In this document: positions 51,495 to 60,588 of the stretch, one piece after another
Layout of the letters: each line of letters opens with the position of its first letter
Numbering within the stretch: position 1 is the first letter of the stretch
Source: an uncultured Eubacteriales bacterium
GTDB lineage: Bacteria; Bacillota; Clostridia; Christensenellales; DTU072
Reading direction: 5' to 3'
DNA length: 64,000 nt
Assembly (NCBI GenBank): GCA_902766965.1
Contig: CACXFJ010000047.1
Coordinates: 3,165 to 67,164 of the forward strand
Position numbers and translations under genes: made by a program
The notes under the pieces: model-generated
Told to the model about the DNA's origin: nothing
The model's input: only the letters and a program-made list of their open reading frames with translations
Database searches by the model: none

Positions 51495-52646
51495 GTGAAA
51501 ACAAAAGTAAGAAAAACAATCGTTTTGGCAGTACTCGTACTGACTGCGGCTATGGCGCTTTCGGCGTGTTCCGACGGCGGAAGCCAGGCTTTGTACGACT
51601 GTCTCGTCACGTTTAATTACAACACGGGCAATATGTCCACCGTGGCGAAGGATCAGTATCTCGGAGTAAAGAAAGGCGGAAGAGTAATAATCCAACCCGG
51701 TTATTCCAACGATTTTACGCTTTACGAAATATCGGGATATTACGTAGAGGGCTGGTACCTTGCGGAGACTGACGCCGACGGCAACGTGCTCGACGAAGAC
51801 GGCAACGTTTTCGACGCGAACGCGGAAATCGAAAGCAGAAAGAAAGTTAAACTCGCCGCGAAGTGGAACTTCGACGCCGACACGGTGGAAAAGAGCGTCA
51901 CTCTTTACGCAAACCTCGTCAAGAGTCCTTCCGTTATTTACAAGGACGGACTTACCGGCGAAGTAGTCAAGACCGACTCTTCCCGTGTGGGCGAAGCGAA
52001 ATCGAGACCGAGCAGCGTCGTCGCTCCGAAAAAAGAGGGATACACCCTGTACGATTACTATTCGGACGAAGCGATGACGGAAAAGGTCGACTGGACGTCG
52101 TTCGTTATGACGGCGGAAGACGTGACCGTTTACGTCAAGTTCATCGAAGGCAACTGGACCGTCGTAAACAACGAAAGAGCCTTCAATTCCGCTCTCGCGA
52201 ACAACGGCAAGATTTATCTCGACGCCGATTTGGACTTCTCCGGTTCTACGAAGTGGGTAGCGAGAAGTTTTAACGGAACCATCAACGGCAACGGACATAA
52301 ACTTACGGGAATAAGCGTTTCGTTTGACGGAACGAAGACCGACGATAGCGGTTTCGGGCTGTTTACTACGTTAAGAAGCGACGCGGATATCTACGACCTT
52401 ACGATAGAAAACGCGGAAATCAAGTTTACCGCGCAGTTTAACGGCACGTATAAAGTAGGGTTTATGGCATACGAAGCGGAAGCGGGAGCGAAGTTCAATA
52501 ACGTGACCGTCGGCGGAAAAATAACCTACGACGGCAGAAAATCCCTTTCGACCGAAGTCAATACCTGGATAGCTATCGACAATACCAATTCCGAAGACGT
52601 GACCGATACGGATTATTCCGCAGTCACCGCCGAGGAACTTAACTAA
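51495..52646 (+). CDS. Surface lipoprotein with InlB B-repeat (Listeria-Bacteroides repeat) and GLUG-type modules
   Basis: GTG start with an AGGTGA SD. The signal peptide MKTKVRKTIVLAVLVLTAAMALSAC has the lipobox L-S-A-C. Flg_new-like motifs (GYYVEGWYL, KKEGYTLYDYYSDEAMTEKVDW) are present. FNGTINGNGHKLTGISV...GFGLFTTL is typical of the region preceding GLUG motifs. Confidence 0.85.
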   Translation: MKTKVRKTIVLAVLVLTAAMALSACSDGGSQALYDCLVTFNYNTGNMSTVAKDQYLGVKKGGRVIIQPGYSNDFTLYEISGYYVEGWYLAETDADGNVLDEDGNVFDANAEIESRKKVKLAAKWNFDADTVEKSVTLYANLVKSPSVIYKDGLTGEVVKTDSSRVGEAKSRPSSVVAPKKEGYTLYDYYSDEAMTEKVDWTSFVMTAEDVTVYVKFIEGNWTVVNNERAFNSALANNGKIYLDADLDFSGSTKWVARSFNGTINGNGHKLTGISVSFDGTKTDDSGFGLFTTLRSDADIYDLTIENAEIKFTAQFNGTYKVGFMAYEAEAGAKFNNVTVGGKITYDGRKSLSTEVNTWIAIDNTNSEDVTDTDYSAVTAEELN

Positions 52647-52677
52647 ATAACTTTATGAGGAAAATAAAGGAGGCATT

Positions 52678-55266
52678 ATGAAAAAGACCAGAAAGATTAT
52701 CGGAATCGCGTTTGTTTTCGCAATGGTCGCGATGCTCGCCTGCATGCTTGCGGGCTGCAAAAAGAACAAGCAGAATTACGATACGGAAACCCGCGCCTTT
52801 TCTATGAGTATTTCTACTCCCGACGGCGTGTTCAACCCGTATTTTTCGAGTTCCGCTTACGACTCTTCGATAGTCGGGCAGACTCAGATAGGTATGCTCA
52901 GCACCGATTCCAAGGGCAACATCGTAGCCGGTGAGAACGAACCGTGCGTAGCGAAAGATTATTCCGTGACCGAAGCCGCGGACAAGACAATCACCACGTA
53001 CGAATTCCTTATCAAAAACGGAATTAAGTTCTCCGACGGACACGACCTTACGATAAAGGACGTATTATTCAACCTTTACGTATATCTCGACCCCGCTTAT
53101 ACCGGTAACGCGACTATCTATTCTACCGACATAGTAGGACTTAAAAATTACAGAATGCAGCAGACGGGAGAAACTTCCGACTCTTCCGCTTTCGAAGAAA
53201 CTTTCGTAGCGAAAGCGTACGCCCGCGTTTTGGACAACGTAGACTACGTAAAGATGGTAGGTTTGGGAATTAAGAGCGAAGACAGACCCTCCGACAGATG
53301 GAACGACGAAGAAAAAGCTCAGCTCAGAAAAGACTACGCTACCGTAGCCGCTACCTTTAAGGAAGAACTTAACACCGACTGGAACAACGCCAGCGTGGAA
53401 AGCTACGAGGACTGGGGATTCACCGCTAAATGGCAGGTATTCCTTATGAACGACGGCGGTTACAGCGATCTTCTCGCCCGCGACGCTTCCAATAAGTTAA
53501 TAAAAGACGAAAACGGCAACTATAAGCTCGACGAAGCCGAAGCCAACAGGGTATACCACGACCAAATTATGGTCGGTATCAACGACGAACCCGAAAAATA
53601 TGCGGGACTGTCCGACGAAGACAAGATTAAAAAGTATTGCATAGACTCGGTTTACGATTCTTACTTCCCCGCAGGCGGAATAGAAAAGACCGATTGCACG
53701 CAGTTCGAGACCGTAATCAAGTTCTGGGCGACGGCTACTACCATTATCGATAAGTTCACCGCCGAAGCAAAGAGCGATTACTTCTCCGGCACCGATAAGG
53801 TAGTACCCAACATTTCCGGTATCACCACCAGAAAGACTAACGAATTCAAGGGTGCGGCTCTCGACGCCGAGTACGATGTACTCACCATAAAGATAAACAA
53901 CGTAGACCCGAAAGCTATCTACAACTTCGCTTTCACCGTGTCTCCTTTGCATTACTATTCCACCAACAACTGGAACGGTAAAGACTATATAGCGGCGTTC
54001 AACGGAACCACCGAATTCGGTCTCGAATTCGGTAGCATCGAATTTATGAACAACGTTATTAACTCGTCCGAAAAAGTAGGTTTGCCTTTGGGCGCAGGTC
54101 CGTACAAAGCCAGCAACGAAAGCGGCAGCGGAACGGTGACCGCCTCAAACTTCTTCAACAACAACATGGTTTACTACGAACGCAACGAATACTTCAATAC
54201 CGTAGGTAAAGAATTGAGCAATGCGAAGATTAAGTATCTCAGATACAAAGTAGTAGAATCCGACCAGATAATAAACGCTCTCGCGAACAAGGATATCGAC
54301 TTCGGCGATCCGTCCGCTACGCAGGAAAATATCGCCGCCGTCAGGAACGCGGGGCTCGGCGACGTCGAAATAGACACCAGCGGTTACGGCTACGTCGGTA
54401 TCAACCCGAGATTCGTTCCGAACATTACCGTAAGAAGAGTAATAATGAAAGCCATGAACACCGCTCTCATTACGCAAAACTATTACAAGGGCGGTCTTGC
54501 TACTCTTATTACCCGTCCTATGTCCAAGACGAGCTGGGCTTATCCGAGCGACGCTACCGCTTACGTCGACGAAGCAAGCGGAGTAAGCTACGCTTACGAC
54601 TCGACGGGATACTATATCGACGCCATGCTTCAAGCCGAAGGATATCAGAAGAACTCCGACGGTATCTACTATAAAGACATCAAAGGTTACGGCACCACGG
54701 ACACTCTTACCGGTACCAACTACACCATGACGATAGCGGGCGGTTCTACCGACCACCCGGCATACGCTATGTTCCTTAAAGCGAAAGAAATTCTTAACGC
54801 GCACGGCGTCGACGTAAGAGTAGTCACTTCCACCACCGCGTTGAGCGACCTCAGCAACGGCAAGCTCGCTATATGGGCGGCGGCGTGGTCTTCCACCATC
54901 GACCCCGATATGTATCAGGTATACCATATCGACTCGCAGGCAAGCTCCACCAGCAACTGGGGATACAAGCAAATCAAAGCCGGTAAGAACACCGAAGCCT
55001 ACTCGCAGGAATACGGAATAATCACCGAACTGTCCGAACTTATCGACGCAGGCAGAGCTACCACCGTTCAGTCCGAAAGAAAGGAAATCTACGCTCAGGC
55101 TCTCGACAAGATTATGGAACTCGCCGTAGAAATGCCCACCTATCAGAGAAAAGATATGTCGGCGTACAATAAGGACGTAATCGACGAAAGCACTCTTACG
55201 CCCGAAAGCGAACGTTCTCCCTACAACGGACTCCTTTCCAGAATTTGGGAACTCAATTACAGATAA
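52678..55266 (+). CDS. ABC transporter substrate-binding lipoprotein, family 5 (peptide/Opp-Dpp type), unusually large (862 aa)
   Basis: AAGGAGG SD. The signal peptide ends in MLAGC (lipobox). SBP_bac_5-like blocks (IKFSDGHDLTIKDVLFNL, GAGPYK, YERNEYF, DIDFGDPS, GYVGINPRF) are present. The gene is followed by two permeases and two ATPases. Confidence 0.85.
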   Translation: MKKTRKIIGIAFVFAMVAMLACMLAGCKKNKQNYDTETRAFSMSISTPDGVFNPYFSSSAYDSSIVGQTQIGMLSTDSKGNIVAGENEPCVAKDYSVTEAADKTITTYEFLIKNGIKFSDGHDLTIKDVLFNLYVYLDPAYTGNATIYSTDIVGLKNYRMQQTGETSDSSAFEETFVAKAYARVLDNVDYVKMVGLGIKSEDRPSDRWNDEEKAQLRKDYATVAATFKEELNTDWNNASVESYEDWGFTAKWQVFLMNDGGYSDLLARDASNKLIKDENGNYKLDEAEANRVYHDQIMVGINDEPEKYAGLSDEDKIKKYCIDSVYDSYFPAGGIEKTDCTQFETVIKFWATATTIIDKFTAEAKSDYFSGTDKVVPNISGITTRKTNEFKGAALDAEYDVLTIKINNVDPKAIYNFAFTVSPLHYYSTNNWNGKDYIAAFNGTTEFGLEFGSIEFMNNVINSSEKVGLPLGAGPYKASNESGSGTVTASNFFNNNMVYYERNEYFNTVGKELSNAKIKYLRYKVVESDQIINALANKDIDFGDPSATQENIAAVRNAGLGDVEIDTSGYGYVGINPRFVPNITVRRVIMKAMNTALITQNYYKGGLATLITRPMSKTSWAYPSDATAYVDEASGVSYAYDSTGYYIDAMLQAEGYQKNSDGIYYKDIKGYGTTDTLTGTNYTMTIAGGSTDHPAYAMFLKAKEILNAHGVDVRVVTSTTALSDLSNGKLAIWAAAWSSTIDPDMYQVYHIDSQASSTSNWGYKQIKAGKNTEAYSQEYGIITELSELIDAGRATTVQSERKEIYAQALDKIMELAVEMPTYQRKDMSAYNKDVIDESTLTPESERSPYNGLLSRIWELNYR

Positions 55267-55327
55267 GGTAAGGCGGCGAAGATAAAAATCTTCGAAAACA
55301 CACGAATTTAACAAAAAACACGTTGCG

Positions 55328-55352
55328 CCCTGCGGGATAATATCCCGTAGGG
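55328..55352 (+). promoter_or_regulatory. Intra-operon stem-loop between the SBP and permease genes (possible attenuator or mRNA-stability element)
   Basis: CCCTGCGGGA-taata-TCCCGTAGGG forms 10 bp with one G-U pair. A T5 run begins 9 nt later, so this is not a canonical terminator. Confidence 0.3.
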
Positions 55353-55481
55353 TTCGACGGTTTTTAAGAGAAGACCTTAAAAAATAAAGGTCGTACGAAA
55401 GAAAAAACGCACCCGTAAAGGGTATGATACACACCCGATACTTCGTCTTACGGACGGAGCCAGAGAAGGCAGGATATAATT

Positions 55482-57014
55482 ATGGATATGATAAAATACA
55501 TCGTAAAAAGATTGCTGCTGTCGATACTTATTTTGTTCGGCGTGTCGGTTATTATCTATTCTCTCGCGAGAATGATGCCTACCGACTACGTTGACCAACA
55601 ATACTCCTCGGCGGTCGCGCAAGGTACGATGCGACAGGAAGACGTCGACCGTATTAAGGAATTGTACGGTCTCGCGATGCCCGACGCTTACCTCACCGTT
55701 AAGGTAGGAGAGGGAAGCAATTTTGCGGACAAGAGTTTTACCAAAAACACCAAAGAACAAAACCGCGAAGATATTCGTTTGTACGAAAACGAGATAGCGA
55801 GAATACAGAAAGAACTCGCAAGCGAGGGAATAACCGATGAAAATAAGGAAACCGAATTAAAAAACCTTTCCGAAGCTCTCGCCGAAGCGAAAAAGAAGTA
55901 TAAAGAATGGTACGTCGGTTCTTACGACGGAGACCATAGCACTCGTCTGTATCTTAACGAAGACGGAACTTACAGAATAGGTACCGTCAAGGCGAAAGGT
56001 GCTTCTACTTCCGCCGCGGAAGGTTCGGAAGACAACGTTGAAGGCACGATTATTACGATAGACGAAGTGTTTATTCCCGAAGAAAGCGGCACTTTCGAAA
56101 TTGTCTATAACGAAAACGACTTGCAGACGGTAAGAGCGTTGAAGTTATATAAAGACGGCGTCGAAGTGGGAGGCAGCTCCATAAGCTACAAAGTGGCTAC
56201 CGGTTGGAACAAGTTCGTCGCGATAATAAAGGGTTATTTCGGCTGGCTCGGCAATATGCTTAAAGGCGATTTAGGTATGTCGTTCAAGTACAAAAAGCCC
56301 GTTGCCGACGTCATCACCCAGAATATGGGCATATCCTTTGCGATAGCGTTTATCGCTACCATTTTGCAGTTTGCGATAGCAATTCCGCTCGGAATAAAAG
56401 CCGCGACAAATCAATACGGCGTAATCGACTATACCGTCACGGTATTCGCAATGATAGGTATATCCTTACCTACGTTCTTCCTTGCGGCGTTGTTTATAAG
56501 ACTTTTCGCCGTTCAGTTGGGATGGTTCGAAGTAGGAGGTATAGCGTCCACTTCGCTACCGGTAGGGGCGGCGTGGTACGTCCGTCTCGGCGACAAACTG
56601 TGGCACATGGTTCTTCCCATGACGGTACTCGTCATTCTTTCGATAGGTTCTCTTATGCGTTATACGAGAACGAACACTCTTGAAGCGCTTAACGCCGACT
56701 ACGTCCGTACCGCGAGAGCGAAGGGGCTGAGCGAAAGAACGGTAATTTATAAGCACGCTTTCCGCAACACCATGATACCGCTCGTAACCATGATGGCGGG
56801 TATTCTTCCGAGCCTTTTCGGCGGAGCTATGATTACGGAAACGGTATTCAGTATCCCCGGTATAGGAAAACTCGCTTACGACGCTTTGGTAGTAGCCGAT
56901 ATACCTTTTATTATGGGATACAACATGTTTATCGCCATACTTACGGTAATAGGCACGCTGCTCAGCGACCTTATGTACGCGGTAGTCGACCCGCGAGTCA
57001 AAATCGGTAAATAA
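55482..57014 (+). CDS. ABC transporter permease (OppB/DppB-like) with an insertion of about 170 aa in the first extracytoplasmic loop
   Basis: The binding-protein-dependent transport signature RTARAKGLSERTVIYKHAFRNTMIPLVT is present. The protein is 510 aa, against roughly 310-340 aa usual for this family. The extra segment is at about nt 55695-56210. Confidence 0.9.
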   Translation: MDMIKYIVKRLLLSILILFGVSVIIYSLARMMPTDYVDQQYSSAVAQGTMRQEDVDRIKELYGLAMPDAYLTVKVGEGSNFADKSFTKNTKEQNREDIRLYENEIARIQKELASEGITDENKETELKNLSEALAEAKKKYKEWYVGSYDGDHSTRLYLNEDGTYRIGTVKAKGASTSAAEGSEDNVEGTIITIDEVFIPEESGTFEIVYNENDLQTVRALKLYKDGVEVGGSSISYKVATGWNKFVAIIKGYFGWLGNMLKGDLGMSFKYKKPVADVITQNMGISFAIAFIATILQFAIAIPLGIKAATNQYGVIDYTVTVFAMIGISLPTFFLAALFIRLFAVQLGWFEVGGIASTSLPVGAAWYVRLGDKLWHMVLPMTVLVILSIGSLMRYTRTNTLEALNADYVRTARAKGLSERTVIYKHAFRNTMIPLVTMMAGILPSLFGGAMITETVFSIPGIGKLAYDALVVADIPFIMGYNMFIAILTVIGTLLSDLMYAVVDPRVKIGK

Positions 57015-57027
57015 GGAGGCGTAAACA

Positions 57028-58161
57028 ATGGAAAAAGACGAAAAAATATTGCAAGAAACTTCGATTAACGCCACCGAAACCGTAAAGACCGACGAAGTCA
57101 ACCTCGTAGAGGACGCTATCGAAGACATACAAGAAGAAGTGCTTAACGGCGAAGAAGAAAACGTCGTCGAAGAAGAAAGCATAGAAGAAATAACCGGCAG
57201 AACGTTGAGCCCCGGCAGAATAGTCCTTAAAAGATTCTTCCGCTCGAAACTTTCCATGACCGGACTTATCATTCTCGTAATACTGTTCCTGTTCTCGTTT
57301 ATAGGACCGCTGTTCGATTTCTTCCCGTTTATCTGGGGCGAAAGAGTATCCGACGAGAGTGTGACCGTTACCGAAGAATACGGCAAAGAAGTCACTATCG
57401 GCGACGAAACCGTCTATATAGTAACTTTTGCCCAACCGAGCAACTATCTCGCGCCGTCCGGCACCCACCTTCTCGGCACCGACGATAAAGGTTTCGACGT
57501 GTTCTCCCGTCTTATGTACGGCGGAAGAGTATCCCTTACGTTAGGTTTCGTAGTTATTATATTAGAAACGATAATCGGCGTATTTTTAGGCGGACTTGCC
57601 GGCTACTTCGGAAAATGGGTAGATCAGATAATAATGAGAATAGTGGATATTTTCAACTGCGTTCCTACCTTGCCTATGCTTATGATAGTGGGCGTGTCGC
57701 TTAACGCGAAAGGAATAACGGGACCCGCAAAACTATACATAATGATGGCTATGATGACCTTGTTCGGCTGGGCGGGCACGGCGCGTCTCGTCCGCGGACA
57801 GATTCTTTCTTTGAGAGAGCAGGACTTTATGTTGAGCGCGGAAGCGAGCGGACTTCCGGTAGGGCGTAAGATATTCAAGCACCTTATCCCGAACGTTATG
57901 CCGCAGCTTATCGTATCCATGACGCTCGGTCTCGGCGGAATTATTCTTACCGAAGCCACGTTAGGGTATTTAGGGATAGGTCTTCCCGCCGAATACGCCA
58001 CCTGGGGCAATATGATTAACGCTGCCGCCAACAACACTGCGTTGAGACTGTACCCCAACCTTTGGATTTCGCCCGGCGTATGCATAGTTCTGGCGGTACT
58101 CGCCTTTAACTTCGTAGGCGACGGATTGCGCGACGCATTCGACCCGAAAGCAAGGAGGTAA
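57028..58161 (+). CDS. ABC transporter permease (OppC/DppC-like) with an acidic N-terminal extension
   Basis: FMLSAEASGLPVGRKIFKHLIPNVMPQLIV is the OppC-type EAA loop. About 60 extra acidic residues precede TM1. Confidence 0.9.
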   Translation: MEKDEKILQETSINATETVKTDEVNLVEDAIEDIQEEVLNGEEENVVEEESIEEITGRTLSPGRIVLKRFFRSKLSMTGLIILVILFLFSFIGPLFDFFPFIWGERVSDESVTVTEEYGKEVTIGDETVYIVTFAQPSNYLAPSGTHLLGTDDKGFDVFSRLMYGGRVSLTLGFVVIILETIIGVFLGGLAGYFGKWVDQIIMRIVDIFNCVPTLPMLMIVGVSLNAKGITGPAKLYIMMAMMTLFGWAGTARLVRGQILSLREQDFMLSAEASGLPVGRKIFKHLIPNVMPQLIVSMTLGLGGIILTEATLGYLGIGLPAEYATWGNMINAAANNTALRLYPNLWISPGVCIVLAVLAFNFVGDGLRDAFDPKARR

Positions 58162-58166
58162 CGGCA

Positions 58167-59462
58167 GTGACGGCTAAAAATAACGAAAAGAACAAGCATT
58201 ATATCTCGTCTAAAGAATCGAGAAATATAGCTAAAGAAAATATAAGGACGATAAAAGCTCTCCAAAAGAAGAGAGCCTCCTATAAGAAAGAAGATTACGT
58301 AACCGCTATGCGCGATGAACGCAACGTAGTCGAATTCGATAATCTTCACACCTACTTCTACACCGACAACGGAACCGTGAAAGCGGTCAACGGCGTTTCG
58401 TTCGACATTCCGCAGGGTTCTACCGTGGGCGTCGTGGGCGAATCGGGTTGCGGCAAGAGCGTGACGAGCCTTTCGCTTATGCAACTCGTGCAAGGTCCTA
58501 TGGGGCAGATAGTGGAGGGCAGCATAAGATTCCGCTCCACCGTAAGGACTCCCGTCGGCACCGAACCCATTATGAAAGAAAAAGTCGATGACGACGGCAA
58601 CGCGGTTCTCGACGAGAACGGGCAGCCCGTTATGGTTCAGGCTCTCAATAAACACGGAAAACCCCGTTACAAAAAAGTGTTTGAAGAACACGAAGAAGTC
58701 TACGACGTAGCGAAGATGCCGATAAGCGCGATGAGTTCCATAAGAGGAAGAGAGATAGCTATGATTTTCCAGGAACCTATGACCAGCCTCAACCCGGTCT
58801 TCACTATCGGCAATCAGCTTGACGAAGTGACTCTTCTTCACGTCGACGGAGCGGATAAAGAAACCGCGAAAGAACGCAGTATAGAGATGCTTAAACTTGT
58901 CGGTATAGCTATGCCCGAACACGTCTATAAGTCCTATCCGCACCAACTTTCCGGCGGTATGCGTCAGCGCGTAATGATAGCTATGGCTCTCTGCTGTAAT
59001 CCAAAACTTATTATAGCCGACGAACCTACTACGGCGTTGGACGTTACTATTCAGGCGCAGATACTCGACCTTTTACGTTCCGTTAAGGACAAAATAAGCG
59101 GAAGCATTATGCTTATTACTCACGACCTTGGCGTCATTGCCGAAATGGTGGATTACGTCGTGGTAATGTACGCGGGCAGAGTAGTAGAGAAAGGCACCGT
59201 GCAGGAGATATTCAAAAACCCGATGCACCCTTACACGATAGGTTTGCAGAAGAGTAAACCGGTAGTGGGGAAGGAAGTGGACAGACTGTACAGTATCCCC
59301 GGCAACGTCCCCAACCCTATCAATATGCCTTCGACTTGCTACTTCAAGGACAGATGTAATATGAAGTGCGATTGTTGCAACGCGGACTACCCCGAAATGA
59401 TACAGGTAAGTCCCACCCATTTCGTAGCGTGTCACCTCTACGATAAAGGAGGTAACGAATAA
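58167..59462 (+). CDS. ABC transporter ATP-binding protein (OppD/DppD-like) with an N-terminal extension and an internal insertion
   Basis: GTG start with an AAGGAGG SD. Walker A is GESGCGKS, the signature is LSGGMRQRVMIA and Walker B is LIIADEPTTALD. An Opp-type C-terminal domain is present. An extra stretch of about 55 aa (nt about 58543-58700) lies between Walker A and the Q-loop. Confidence 0.92.
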   Translation: MTAKNNEKNKHYISSKESRNIAKENIRTIKALQKKRASYKKEDYVTAMRDERNVVEFDNLHTYFYTDNGTVKAVNGVSFDIPQGSTVGVVGESGCGKSVTSLSLMQLVQGPMGQIVEGSIRFRSTVRTPVGTEPIMKEKVDDDGNAVLDENGQPVMVQALNKHGKPRYKKVFEEHEEVYDVAKMPISAMSSIRGREIAMIFQEPMTSLNPVFTIGNQLDEVTLLHVDGADKETAKERSIEMLKLVGIAMPEHVYKSYPHQLSGGMRQRVMIAMALCCNPKLIIADEPTTALDVTIQAQILDLLRSVKDKISGSIMLITHDLGVIAEMVDYVVVMYAGRVVEKGTVQEIFKNPMHPYTIGLQKSKPVVGKEVDRLYSIPGNVPNPINMPSTCYFKDRCNMKCDCCNADYPEMIQVSPTHFVACHLYDKGGNE

Positions 59463-60514
59463 TGGAAGAAAAGTTAGTATTTGAAAGAATAACCGAAATA
59501 TCAGTCACGGAAAGTTTCCGTTTCGTGGAAGAAGACGACCACAAGAACCTGCTCGAAGTAAACAATCTTAAAATGTACTTCCCGATATCGAAGTCGGTCA
59601 ATAAAGAAAAGAGCGTTTACCTCAAAGCCGTCGACGGCGTCAATTTGAGACTGAAACAGGGCAAAACCGTCGGTATAGTCGGCGAATCGGGTTGCGGCAA
59701 GACCACGTTAGGGCGTACCATACTCCGTTTGTACGAACCGACCGACGGAGAAATAATCTTCGACGGCATGCACATAGAGAAGCTGAAAGGGGAAGCGTTG
59801 AGAAAACTCCGCCCCAACTTCCAGATGATATTCCAGGATCCGTATTCTTCCCTTTCTCCCCGTCTTACGGTGGGCGAAATAGTGGGCGAAGCGGTAAAAG
59901 TTCATAAGGTGGTTCCTCCCGCCGATTATAAGGACTACGTCGTAGACATTATGATTAAGTGCGGATTGCAACCGCATTACTTCGAAAGATACCCGCACGA
60001 ATTTTCGGGCGGACAAAGACAGCGTATCTGTATAGCGAAGGCTCTCGCGCTTAAACCGAAACTCGTTATTTGCGACGAACCGGTTTCCGCGCTCGACGTT
60101 TCCATACAGGCGCAGGTAATAAACCTTTTTAAGGACTTGCAGGACGCCGACAACCTTGCCTACATATTCATATCGCACGACTTGTCGGTAGTGGAACACA
60201 TTTCCGACGAAGTAGGGGTAATGTATCTCGGCAATATGGTGGAATACGGCGAAAAGAAAGACCTTTTCGCAAATCCTATGCACCCGTATACGCAGGCGCT
60301 TTTCTCGGCGGTACCGATACCCGATCCCGACACGAAAATAAAGAGAATAATTCTCGAAGGGGATATTCCTTCTCCGGCGAATCCGCCTAAGGGCTGTAAG
60401 TTCCATACCCGTTGCAACAAGTGTATGGAAATATGTAAAGAAGTCGAGCCGAAGTTTATCGACTACGGCAACGGACATTGCGTGGCGTGCCACCTGTATT
60501 CGCAGGAAGATTAG
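59462..60514 (+). CDS. ABC transporter ATP-binding protein (OppF/DppF-like)
   Basis: The start overlaps the upstream stop (TAATG). Walker A is GESGCGKT, the signature is FSGGQRQRICIA and Walker B is LVICDEPVSALD. An Opp-type C-terminal domain is present. Confidence 0.92.
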   Translation: MEEKLVFERITEISVTESFRFVEEDDHKNLLEVNNLKMYFPISKSVNKEKSVYLKAVDGVNLRLKQGKTVGIVGESGCGKTTLGRTILRLYEPTDGEIIFDGMHIEKLKGEALRKLRPNFQMIFQDPYSSLSPRLTVGEIVGEAVKVHKVVPPADYKDYVVDIMIKCGLQPHYFERYPHEFSGGQRQRICIAKALALKPKLVICDEPVSALDVSIQAQVINLFKDLQDADNLAYIFISHDLSVVEHISDEVGVMYLGNMVEYGEKKDLFANPMHPYTQALFSAVPIPDPDTKIKRIILEGDIPSPANPPKGCKFHTRCNKCMEICKEVEPKFIDYGNGHCVACHLYSQED

Positions 60515-60588
60515 TAAAAAAGATAAGAGGGGAAACTATATAATAGTAGCCTTGGACGAAATTGCGGTTCGTCCTCAAAGGAGCAAAA

